64,000 nucleotides of DNA from a virus: positions 30,106 to 94,105 of the IMG/VR virus record IMGVR_UViG_3300033984_000205, one strand, 5' to 3'. Positions 51,090 through 59,101 of this stretch are shown here, in pieces. Each line of letters opens with the position of its first letter. Within the stretch, counting starts at the first letter, position 1. Made by a program: the position numbers and the translations under genes. The notes below the pieces were generated by a model. It was given only the letters and a program-made list of their open reading frames with translations, was not told the DNA's origin and ran no database searches.

Positions 51090-51665
51090 TTATTTTAAAC
51101 TGTTTGGGTCTGCAAATGGACTTACTATTTTCTGTCCTTTCTTTTTAACCTCTTCAAATACCTCATTATCAACTTTTTCTCTAAGAGTATTTAAGTTTTC
51201 TAGTACTCTAGAAGTATCATTTAAAGCTGAGGTTATATCTTTAGGTTTAAAGATTGGTGCACCTGTTCTGAGATTAACATCATTCATGCTGAATCCAATA
51301 AAGAACTGTTGCATCTTTTCAGCAGCTGATTTAGCAGCCATATAGTAATTATAAGTCACAGAAGCTTCAGCTTGAAACTCTTTAAGCTTAGCAATACCTC
51401 TAAGAAGTAAAGGATCATTTTGGTCCCACTCTGTCCTTGTGATTATATCTTTTATAATCTTATCAGGTCTCTGGTCTTCAGAGTATCCTGAGTAAGGATT
51501 AGATTTCTGAATAGATGCCATGAATTCAATATAAGAGAAGTCTTCTATAGCATATCTTTTATCTGCAGATTCATCTCTTTCCCATATCTCTTTGAATGGA
51601 GGTATAAGTAAAACTTGTGTTGTAGGAGAGACTACTTTGCTCTCTACTGTAAATAGTAAACTCAT
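51090..51665 (-). CDS. Conserved protein upstream of terL (possible small terminase)
   Basis: 191 aa abutting the terL start. It is helical and contains SNPYSGY. Confidence 0.45.
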   Translation of the reverse strand: MSLLFTVESKVVSPTTQVLLIPPFKEIWERDESADKRYAIEDFSYIEFMASIQKSNPYSGYSEDQRPDKIIKDIITRTEWDQNDPLLLRGIAKLKEFQAEASVTYNYYMAAKSAAEKMQQFFIGFSMNDVNLRTGAPIFKPKDITSALNDTSRVLENLNTLREKVDNEVFEEVKKKGQKIVSPFADPNSLK

Positions 51666-51916
51666 ATAGTTTGTTGTTGAGGGTTAAGTAACTGTTTTAA
51701 CTCTTCGTAAGTAAGTACACTAGCAAAGTTATCAGCTGCTGAATAGATTATACCATACTCAAAACCATCAGGTTCTTTAGCAATACCTATGGCATCTATC
51801 TTAAAGAAAGTCATTAGTCTTGTTTCACAATTAGTTACATGAGAAGTTAACCCCATTTTTTCTAGGTTATCAGTCTCATCTGTATTGAAGTAAATTTCTA
51901 ATTCAATTGGTAGCAT
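51662..51916 (-). CDS. Hypothetical protein
   Basis: 84 aa, overlapping the next gene in ATGA fashion. Confidence 0.6.
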   Translation of the reverse strand: MLPIELEIYFNTDETDNLEKMGLTSHVTNCETRLMTFFKIDAIGIAKEPDGFEYGIIYSAADNFASVLTYEELKQLLNPQQQTI

Positions 51917-51919
51917 AGT

Positions 51920-52498
51920 TTATACTTTAAAGATTGCTATTGATCTGTTTAACCAGCCTTTTAAAAACTTTTTAAGTTTAATATTTACTCTTACAAGACT
52001 ATTATAAACTGTATTTCTAGCTAAGTATAAACACTCTTCAGTTACATGAAGCATTTTCTCCCTAGTTGCAGGTCCAATGATCCCATCTTGTGGGACTTTT
52101 GCACAACCTTGCATTATTTTGATTGCTCTAGCATTTCCCATGTTATAAGCAGTATCAAAGTACATAAGTCTTGCTTCAAGAGGAAGGATAAATGCATTTA
52201 TTGCTCTATAATACTTAGTATAAGCAATAGCTGCAGCTTCTTCATAGGTAGTATCCTTAAAATCATCAAGATTTTTAAACATTTCTTTGTTGTGATTATA
52301 AGCAATCCCCCAAAGAGTCCAACCTCCAGAATCTCCAGCAACATTGTGAAGACTTCCCCCTGCTTTAGGGTTTTTTACGCCTTCCCAAACTAAAGTTCTG
52401 TTAAAAATGTACTCTTTAAAGTACTCGAATTCCTTTTCTACTGTTGGATTAGCCTTAGCTAGCCTTAAATAGTCTGCTATAGTGAGTTTATTTGCCAT
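51920..52498 (-). CDS. Endolysin, glycoside hydrolase family 108
   Basis: WEG...GDSGGWTLWGI, FDTAYNMG, DGIIGPAT and KFLKGWLNR. Confidence 0.88.
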   Translation of the reverse strand: MANKLTIADYLRLAKANPTVEKEFEYFKEYIFNRTLVWEGVKNPKAGGSLHNVAGDSGGWTLWGIAYNHNKEMFKNLDDFKDTTYEEAAAIAYTKYYRAINAFILPLEARLMYFDTAYNMGNARAIKIMQGCAKVPQDGIIGPATREKMLHVTEECLYLARNTVYNSLVRVNIKLKKFLKGWLNRSIAIFKV

Positions 52499-52791
52499 TA
52501 TCTAATCCTTGTTGCTTTAATAGTTAATATTTCTGTTATCTGATCTTCATATATAATGTCAATCCTTTTTGTAACTGATTGGGCCCCTTGAACTTGCTCA
52601 GGGATATTAGTATTACTATAAGTAATTACTAACTCTTTAGTTTGTTCATCATACTTAGTTGCAGTACATCCACAATAAGGCACTATTGCTGTTATTGTAG
52701 GTATGCTTTCTAAAGACCTGAAGATTATTTTTTTAGGAGAACCTGCTTTTATTATCCCTAAATTAATTTCTGATTTTTCCCAGTGACTCAT
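52498..52791 (-). CDS. DUF1573-like Ig-fold protein
   Basis: INLGII...PYCGCT...KRIDI pattern. Confidence 0.65.
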   Translation of the reverse strand: MSHWEKSEINLGIIKAGSPKKIIFRSLESIPTITAIVPYCGCTATKYDEQTKELVITYSNTNIPEQVQGAQSVTKRIDIIYEDQITEILTIKATRIR

Positions 52792-52794
52792 ATC

Positions 52795-53157
52795 TTAAAA
52801 TTTTTTATGGTGTGTTATTCTTAATTCAAAATCTCTTGACTTTCTTATATCCCAATACTTAAATTCAATATTATACTCTCTTTTGTAGATTAACCAATCA
52901 GTCTCATCTACCATTACAGGATAACATTTTGCATCACAAGTCTTGTTTGCCATTTGAAGTGCAGGAGTTGTGCAGCCACAGTGCACACATTCTCCATTAC
53001 TATAACATTCTTTATTCATAACAAACAACCTATAATTAATCTGCTCGAATATATGCAAAGGAAGTAACCAATTAAACCTTTTACTAAAGAAAAGTTTCTC
53101 TCTTAGATGTCCCTGAATATAAGCTTTGATGTTTTTATAATTAACTTTTGCTTTCAT
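52795..53157 (-). CDS. Cys-rich putative zinc-binding protein
   Basis: ECYSNGECVHCGC...KTCDAKCYP. Confidence 0.6.
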   Translation of the reverse strand: MKAKVNYKNIKAYIQGHLREKLFFSKRFNWLLPLHIFEQINYRLFVMNKECYSNGECVHCGCTTPALQMANKTCDAKCYPVMVDETDWLIYKREYNIEFKYWDIRKSRDFELRITHHKKF

Positions 53158-53470
53158 TTTCTATTTCTTTTCGTTTAATAGCTGACTCTAGTTGTTCTTT
53201 CTTTTTAAAATAATTTAAAGGAGCTATTCTTTGTTCCTTGAACATCTTAGCATAGACCTGTAAATGATAATTTAACTTCTTTGGATAAGATACAAATGTA
53301 CCAAAAAATTGTAACCTTACATTAACAAATGTACCAGATTCAATTCCTTGCCTTACTTCAATAAAAGGAGCAGAGCAAATTTCAATACATTGTTCCTTTG
53401 TAAGATTGGGGTACTTTCCTCTTATAGACTGATAGTACTCTTCAATTAAATCGGCATTTAATAACCTCAT
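53141..53470 (-). CDS. IHF/HU-like DNA-binding protein
   Basis: A helix-helix N-terminus followed by VNVRLQFFGTF. Confidence 0.6.
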   Translation of the reverse strand: MRLLNADLIEEYYQSIRGKYPNLTKEQCIEICSAPFIEVRQGIESGTFVNVRLQFFGTFVSYPKKLNYHLQVYAKMFKEQRIAPLNYFKKKEQLESAIKRKEIENESKS

Positions 53471-53703
53471 TACCTAAAAGTTTTTAAAAGGGCACTACCC
53501 TCTTTAGAATTTATTTCTACAATAGTTATAGGCATATCTTCAGGCAAAGTATAAACTTGAGGTCTACAATCTACTCCAGGAGTACTTCCTCTAGAGTCCC
53601 AAAATAATATTCTTTCTGTTTGATAAATTTCCATTACTTTGTCTACTGTTAAAGTAGATTCTTCTGGTAAGACATTGATGTCATAAATTAAAGTCTGTTT
53701 CAT
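53470..53703 (-). CDS. Hypothetical protein
   Basis: 77 aa, translationally coupled on both sides. Confidence 0.55.
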   Translation of the reverse strand: MKQTLIYDINVLPEESTLTVDKVMEIYQTERILFWDSRGSTPGVDCRPQVYTLPEDMPITIVEINSKEGSALLKTFR

Positions 53704-54056
53704 TCTTGTACTATTTTAAATTGATAAAATTGTTGTTTTTCTTCAGGGAGGAGTATACCAGCAACCTGGATAATTCCTCCTAAATCTTCTCTGATTGCAC
53801 CTTTACTCTTAAGAGAAGAAAGATGATTACTTAATCCACCATCTGACATAGAAAGTATGCTTTTTACTTCCTTTCTAAATGTAGTTCCAAACCTATCTTT
53901 CTCAGCAAGTTCCCCTTTAAATGACATAAATGTACCAAGAACTTCTCTTTCCTTTGGTGTCAATTCTATTGGTAAAAAGGGATTAATAATGCTTAAGTGA
54001 TAGATATAATATTGGGCATCTTTTAACCCAACAATTCCTTTTTGTATTATCTTCAT
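53700..54056 (-). CDS. Winged-helix DNA-binding protein
   Basis: LTPKEREVL...RKEVKSILSMSDGGLSNHLSSLKSKGAI, an HTH pattern. Confidence 0.7.
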   Translation of the reverse strand: MKIIQKGIVGLKDAQYYIYHLSIINPFLPIELTPKEREVLGTFMSFKGELAEKDRFGTTFRKEVKSILSMSDGGLSNHLSSLKSKGAIREDLGGIIQVAGILLPEEKQQFYQFKIVQE

Positions 54057-54066
54057 ATTTTATTTT

Positions 54067-54843
54067 TTATGGACAACATTGTGTGTAGAAAAAACTTAAA
54101 GCAGTCTCCTCACCATTACCCATGGCAAAAGTTAAGTCATTAATAACGCAAGGAGCACTTAAATTTGTACCTGTTAATAAATAATTTCTAACTCCAATAG
54201 TTCCTTGATTCCCAAACCCATTATCTTGAGTATTTCTCATTTGAATTAAGTTATTAATACGAAGTAAAGCGGGGTCAAACCTATAAATTACCATACCAAC
54301 TAAAGGACAAGCAAAATCAGAAGCACTAATAGTTAAAGCAGGATTTTCACTAGCTATAAATACAGAACCAACTTGAGACATAGCAGATAAATCTACTGCC
54401 CCAATATAATAACCATTCAAATAAATATCAAAGTTATCATCCGTAATACTATTCTCATTACATATCTGTAACACTACTACTCTATCAGAACAAGTGGGAG
54501 GGACAGGAATATCTTCATTTTCTACAATAAAAGCAACTTCACTTCCTACAGGTACAGGGTTACCTTCATCATCTAGTAACCTTACTGTATAATCCCCTAA
54601 TCCAGGATATACACTTTCAGATTCTGTAGTCCATCCTTGAGTCAATGTATTAAGTGTCTCAGGGGTTATAGTACTAGGATCAGTTCCACCTTCTACCCAA
54701 TCTACAACCTGACTTGCATAAGCCTTACTAATATACAAATTCCTTAATTCATTACCTGACATTACAACATAATTAGGATCAATTATATTGTCTTGAGTTA
54801 TAAAGCTTGCTTGTATATTGTAACTTCCTTGATCTTCTGCCAT
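54067..54843 (-). CDS. Acidic beta-rich protein, probably structural
   Basis: 258 aa with ICNENSITDDNFDIYLNG and several Cys. Confidence 0.5.
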   Translation of the reverse strand: MAEDQGSYNIQASFITQDNIIDPNYVVMSGNELRNLYISKAYASQVVDWVEGGTDPSTITPETLNTLTQGWTTESESVYPGLGDYTVRLLDDEGNPVPVGSEVAFIVENEDIPVPPTCSDRVVVLQICNENSITDDNFDIYLNGYYIGAVDLSAMSQVGSVFIASENPALTISASDFACPLVGMVIYRFDPALLRINNLIQMRNTQDNGFGNQGTIGVRNYLLTGTNLSAPCVINDLTFAMGNGEETALSFFYTQCCP

Positions 54844-54849
54844 AATATA

Positions 54850-55170
54850 TTATTTTAAATTAGTTAATCTATTTACTTCATTAATCTGATCATTGTCAAT
54901 TATATCTTGTCTGTTCAATACTCCTAACATAAGATACCTATGTACATTAGAATGAATGCCATGAATAGCTTTGGCTTCTGCAGGGTCAGCGTATTTCATA
55001 GGAATCAGATAATATTTACTATCATATCTCTTCCTAACCAAAGTGCTGAATTCAATACTACTGTCTGTGACTTCTCTCCTTACAATAGGATATAAAGGGT
55101 AACTATTCTTTAGACTTTCTGGAGTCTCTTCCTTTAATTCTTTAGCTCTTTGAGATAGAGTCTTAGCCAT
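54850..55170 (-). CDS. Hypothetical protein, first gene of the late arm
   Basis: The ATG start at 55170 (MAKTLSQ) is preferred because the track's TTG start lies inside a TAnnTTTG promoter. Confidence 0.55.
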   Translation of the reverse strand: MAKTLSQRAKELKEETPESLKNSYPLYPIVRREVTDSSIEFSTLVRKRYDSKYYLIPMKYADPAEAKAIHGIHSNVHRYLMLGVLNRQDIIDNDQINEVNRLTNLK

Positions 55171-55191
55171 AGTGTTCAGATTAATATTTAG

Positions 55192-55199
55192 CAAAGTTA
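55192..55199 (-). promoter_or_regulatory. Bacteroidota sigma -7 element TAACTTTG
   Basis: Matches TAnnTTTG, 21 nt upstream of the first minus-strand ATG. Confidence 0.65.
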
Positions 55200-55571
55200 A
55201 TAATAATATTTAATACTAGGGTATTTTGGTTATAAAAATTTTTAAAATTTTAAAGTTAGTTTAAATTTGGTAATTTATGAAAGTGTGATCCTCCCTAGAT
55301 CAAGACCCCCACCAAGATTTAGGATTACAGGGCCCCCCAAGGGCTAAATAGAACTAAAGTATTTCCTGCCCTATATTTATATAGAAAAAGGAGAGCAATC
55401 TTACTGACTTAGGTTTACCTAGTCTTGTGAGTCTACTGAGAGTTTTATGTCTTGTTGTTCTTTGTCTGTGTCCTGCTGGGCTCAGGCTTGGGTGTCTGTT
55501 GACTTGTGTTAGTATATATAATGTAATGTTATGTATCAAAACAATAGCAACTTTGACTTGGTGCTACGCAC

Positions 55572-55601
55572 CAAAACCCTCACTGATTATGAGTATTAAT
55601 C
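55572..55601 (+). promoter_or_regulatory. Repeated early-arm motif copy 1 (candidate phage promoter)
   Basis: CAAAACCCTCACTGATTATGAGTATTAATC upstream of 55653. Confidence 0.6.
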
Positions 55602-55652
55602 TAATTCAACAGTCTAATTGCAAGGACATTAAATACGTGCTCAACAAACACC

Positions 55653-55928
55653 ATGGCAACAATTGCTGAGATTAAAGTAAGATTGAACTATTCAGTATTA
55701 AACCTGAACACTGCTCTTGACAAGGACAATCAACCTACAGAGTGGATGAGACATTGGGACAATGATAACAGAATAGCTGTATCATTACACAAAGACACAT
55801 TAGCCAAGATTAAGGCTAACAACATGATGTCTAATCTAGTGCTTCAAACAGAAGAGAAAGCTGGAGCTCAAGGAGCATACACAGCTATACGCATAGTTGC
55901 TGTAGCTGAGGCTGAAGCAACATTGTAG
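55653..55928 (+). CDS. Early protein, paralog A (91 aa)
   Basis: 48/91 residues identical to the 56148 gene. It has its own upstream motif and terminator. Confidence 0.85.
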   Translation: MATIAEIKVRLNYSVLNLNTALDKDNQPTEWMRHWDNDNRIAVSLHKDTLAKIKANNMMSNLVLQTEEKAGAQGAYTAIRIVAVAEAEATL

Positions 55929-55940
55929 ATCAACATTAAG

Positions 55941-55985
55941 GAACAACATTAGTAGAGCAATCTACTGGTGTTGTTCTCTTTTTTT
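55941..55985 (+). terminator. Intrinsic terminator
   Basis: GAACAACATTAGTAGA-GCAA-TCTACTGGTGTTGTTC followed by a T-tract. Confidence 0.8.
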
Positions 55986-56099
55986 CTGTCCTTGAGGTGA
56001 AGTAGACTGAGAAATGATTTCTTTTTTCAAAACCCTAGGTGAAGTAGAGGGAGAAATGGTAGAGTAAAGATATGTCTCTTTAAAAGAAAATCCCCTGCT

Positions 56100-56129
56100 C
56101 AAAACCCTCACTAAATTGGAGTATTAATC
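56100..56129 (+). promoter_or_regulatory. Repeated early-arm motif copy 2
   Basis: CAAAACCCTCACTAAATTGGAGTATTAATC upstream of 56148. Confidence 0.6.
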
Positions 56130-56147
56130 CATTAAATTAAATAGAAT

Positions 56148-56423
56148 ATGGCAAACTTGTCAGAGATTAAAAGAACATTAGGTTATGATATGCTTAACCT
56201 AAACACAGTGGTTACAGAAAGTGGTGAACAAACTCCTTGGTTTAAACAATGGGATAATGACTCCAGAATAGCTGTGCTTGTACATAAGGATACATTTGCC
56301 AGAATTAAGGCAAATCCTGAACTAAGCTCATTAGGCTTAAATGTTCAGACTAAACAAGGTGCACAAGGTGAGTATACTGCTAAAACTATCTGTATTTATA
56401 CTGAAGCAGAGCAAACTTTGTAG
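56148..56423 (+). CDS. Early protein, paralog B (91 aa)
   Basis: Shares LNLNT, WDND, RIAV, HKDT and GAQG.YTA with 55653. Confidence 0.85.
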   Translation: MANLSEIKRTLGYDMLNLNTVVTESGEQTPWFKQWDNDSRIAVLVHKDTFARIKANPELSSLGLNVQTKQGAQGEYTAKTICIYTEAEQTL

Positions 56424-56636
56424 GCTAACTTGCTGATTAATTTGCAATTAAAGATGTAGGTGAAAACCCATACACCTTTAATTGCATCTTATTTCAAAAC
56501 TCAAATTAACTATCATACATTTTAATAGCCTTATTTTTAAAACATAGGGAGTACTTCATCCTCATATATCCTGTCAATGGCTCTATATGAGGATTAGCTC
56601 CACACATTATTTAACCAATTTAATCCAACAATAATC

Positions 56637-56849
56637 ATGAAACAGTTTTTATCAATTTTTGGCATCCTATTACTAGGAGCACTAATAGGTGGTGTTATGG
56701 CAAGACCTAATCCTACTTATCCTCAAGAAGAATATCAAGTTGTAGTACTAGATAACAATGAAGTCATATTAAAAGACTCTCATAGACATGAAATAGTAAC
56801 TACATCAATGGACAGTCTTGCTTATTATATTAACGAAGATAATTTCTAA
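56637..56849 (+). CDS. Small membrane-anchored protein
   Basis: N-terminal hydrophobic helix FLSIFGILLLGALIGGVMA. Confidence 0.65.
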   Translation: MKQFLSIFGILLLGALIGGVMARPNPTYPQEEYQVVVLDNNEVILKDSHRHEIVTTSMDSLAYYINEDNF

Positions 56850-56919
56850 TTTATTAGGCTCTTTAACTAGAGCCTATTAAATAGCCTTATTTTATAAACC
56901 AATCATTTAATCCAACACA

Positions 56920-57138
56920 ATGAAAAAATCAAACAAATCTCAATTTCAAAAAGACAATGCTAAACAAACTATGTGGGAAACATGGTTCTTTGTCTCATTT
57001 ACATTATTTGGTGCTTATCTATTTGTAGGCACATTAGAAGGCAGTGAATATATATTTCCTAATTGGCCTTATTTTGCAGGACTATCTAGTATTAACTTTT
57101 TAATCTGTCTATATTATGGCCTTAAAACTAGAAACTAA
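56920..57138 (+). CDS. Small two-TM membrane protein
   Basis: Two hydrophobic stretches in 72 aa. Confidence 0.6.
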   Translation: MKKSNKSQFQKDNAKQTMWETWFFVSFTLFGAYLFVGTLEGSEYIFPNWPYFAGLSSINFLICLYYGLKTRN

Positions 57139-57808
57139 ATTCATAGAAGGCACTAATAACCAATACTCCATCAGAAATGATGGAGTTGTTATTAGTCATT
57201 ATATTAATAAATATGATATTAACTTAAAAACAATGTCTATTTTTTACAGAGATAAGATAATTAAACCTAGGTTAACAGAAAGAGTTAATAATATCCTGGT
57301 TTCTGTACCTATTAATGGTAAGTTTAAAGAAGTAACTGTAAAAAGCTTAGTTGCAAAAGCTTTTAATATGCCTAATCCTTACATAAACAAAGGAAGTAGT
57401 ATACTGCTTTATTATAAAGATAATAATCCTTTTAACTGTTCTTATGACAATCTGTATTACAAAGCTAAAGTAGATTGTAAAGTTTACACTAATGAACAAG
57501 AAAAGAAAGAAGATCATGCACAAAGAAAAAGAAAACAAAGTTACATTAGATATAAAAACTTGTCAAAAGAACAGCAATTACATAAAATTGAAGTAACAAA
57601 GATTTGGCAAAAGAATAATCTGGAAAAAGTTTCAAAAATAAGAAAGATTAATGGTAAAAGACACACAGAAAATATAACTAGATGTTATGTTGCTGCTAAA
57701 TTACACATGTCAACAAAAAACTTATCTGAAGAGCTTTATGATTTATATAAAAATAATTTGTTATTACACCGTTTAATCAAATCTAAAAAACAATGTCAAA
57801 CACAATAA
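57116..57808 (+). CDS. NUMOD4/HNH homing-endonuclease-derived protein, catalytic His apparently lost
   Basis: NUMOD4-like KFIEG...YSIRNDGVVIS and SLVAKAF.PNP, then YKDNNPFNCSYDNL in place of HxDxNxxNNxxxNL. Confidence 0.65.
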   Translation: MALKLETKFIEGTNNQYSIRNDGVVISHYINKYDINLKTMSIFYRDKIIKPRLTERVNNILVSVPINGKFKEVTVKSLVAKAFNMPNPYINKGSSILLYYKDNNPFNCSYDNLYYKAKVDCKVYTNEQEKKEDHAQRKRKQSYIRYKNLSKEQQLHKIEVTKIWQKNNLEKVSKIRKINGKRHTENITRCYVAAKLHMSTKNLSEELYDLYKNNLLLHRLIKSKKQCQTQ

Positions 57809-58011
57809 TAATACCACCATCACCTGAAAATACTAATGAACTTATCACAGCCTTATTATATGTTTATAATGAAGTATTAAATGATAGGATGCCATTATTA
57901 AAAGCTCAAATTCTTGTAAACACAGCTAACTCTGTATGTAGATTGCAAAGAAATCACATTATACATGAATTAACTATGTCTAAAAACAAAATTAAACTTT
58001 TAGAAAACTAA
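57793..58011 (+). CDS. Hypothetical helical protein
   Basis: 72 aa overlapping the end of the upstream gene. Confidence 0.55.
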   Translation: MSNTIIIPPSPENTNELITALLYVYNEVLNDRMPLLKAQILVNTANSVCRLQRNHIIHELTMSKNKIKLLEN

Positions 58012-58013
58012 TT

Positions 58014-58139
58014 ATGATACAAGATTCTAAACCTTACATCATTGCAATAACACTCTTCATTGTAGTATTATTATGCTCAAGCTGTTCTAGTAACCATTGC
58101 TTCCATAAAACAAGCAAATGGACCCATAATGGTAGATAA
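58014..58139 (+). CDS. Small putative lipoprotein (41 aa), not in the ORF track
   Basis: MIQDSKPYIIAITLFIVVLLCSSCSSNHCFHKTSKWTHNGR has a hydrophobic core and a lipobox-like CSSC. Confidence 0.5.
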   Translation: MIQDSKPYIIAITLFIVVLLCSSCSSNHCFHKTSKWTHNGR

Positions 58140-58385
58140 AACAAAAACCTCTAGTCTTTCCTGACCAGAGGTTTACTTTTATACCTACAAAGAAAAAAAG
58201 TACCAAAAAAAGAAACTCAGAACCCATTCCAAAGCCACCTGAAGGTGGTTCTGAATTTATTCCTGTGCATGCTGATGCACTGAGAAACTCAGAGAGACAA
58301 AGTTATAGGTTTTATTTTTAATAATCAAGTAAATAACTATATAAACTAATAAAGTTATTAACAATTTAATTAACAAAATAAGAAG

Positions 58386-58637
58386 ATGAAAAAACTAATT
58401 GTATTAATGGCTATGCCATTGTTGTTTGCATGTAGCTCAGAAGATGAGGGTAAAGATTGCAATTGTGGGTTAATAGTAAGAGATAATGTAAAAGACTATT
58501 CTGTTACTATAAGAAATGCTTGTTCAGGTAACGAACAAACATTTATATTACAACCAGGAGATTGGGTTAATGCTCATGTTGGTAGTGACTATTGTATTAC
58601 TAATGTTAGTAATTGGAAATTAGCACCAAAGAAATAA
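58386..58637 (+). CDS. Lipoprotein, probably surface-exposed
   Basis: MKKLIVLMAMPLLFAC lipobox followed by acidic SSEDE, with four further Cys. Confidence 0.8.
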   Translation: MKKLIVLMAMPLLFACSSEDEGKDCNCGLIVRDNVKDYSVTIRNACSGNEQTFILQPGDWVNAHVGSDYCITNVSNWKLAPKK

Positions 58638-58638
58638 T

Positions 58639-58752
58639 ATGTGTACATATATAAAAGATAGTAGTACACCTTGTGAAACCTGTCCTAGACTAATAACAGC
58701 ATTATACACTTGTGAATTATTAAAAGAAACATTTAAAGAAGAAGAGGAGTAA
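58639..58752 (+). CDS. Small Cys-rich protein (37 aa), not in the ORF track
   Basis: MCTYIKDSSTPCETCPRLITALYTCELLKETFKEEEE starts 1 nt after the upstream stop and is followed by a terminator hairpin and T-tract (about 58743-58770). Confidence 0.5.
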   Translation: MCTYIKDSSTPCETCPRLITALYTCELLKETFKEEEE

Positions 58753-58785
58753 TATCCTCTTTTTTTTTGTTTTTTAACCTCCTCT

Positions 58786-58815
58786 CAAAACCCTCACTAA
58801 TTTGTAGCATAAATG
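58786..58815 (+). promoter_or_regulatory. Repeated early-arm motif copy 3
   Basis: CAAAACCCTCACTAATTTGTAGCATAAATG directly after a terminator. Confidence 0.6.
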
Positions 58816-58884
58816 CAGTAAGTTCTTTTAGTACTGACATTTATGTGTTACATAACGGAAGTTTAATTTATATCCAATTCTAAA

Positions 58885-59052
58885 ATGATTCAAAAGAGAA
58901 CAAGAATCAAGTTTGCTACATTAGAGGCTTCTAGTAATCCTCATAGAAACATACTTGCTAAGAGATTAGTAATGGTAGTTAAATATGTAGCTGGATTTAG
59001 TCCAAGAGTCTTAAGCATAGAAGCTCAAGGAATAAAATCAAATCCCTATTAA
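58885..59052 (+). CDS. Small basic protein (55 aa), not in the ORF track
   Basis: MIQKRTRIKFATLEASSNPHRNILAKRLVMVVKYVAGFSPRVLSIEAQGIKSNPY, with an ATCCAA-containing A-rich leader like other early genes. Confidence 0.5.
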   Translation: MIQKRTRIKFATLEASSNPHRNILAKRLVMVVKYVAGFSPRVLSIEAQGIKSNPY

Positions 59053-59101
59053 TGGGCTAGAAATAGCCCTTAATAAATTATCTAATCAAAAATAAAATAT
59101 T

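Noticed and set aside
55354-55669. ORFs 55354-55539 (-) and 55427-55669 (+)
   Set aside because: They overlap each other and the promoter/hairpin elements, and their composition reflects the local G/T skew.
56101-56115. Cloning-vector T3 promoter contamination (AACCCTCACTAAA)
   Set aside because: The flanks differ from the T3 consensus (no ATT before, no GGGA after), and three diverged copies sit in natural intergenic positions.
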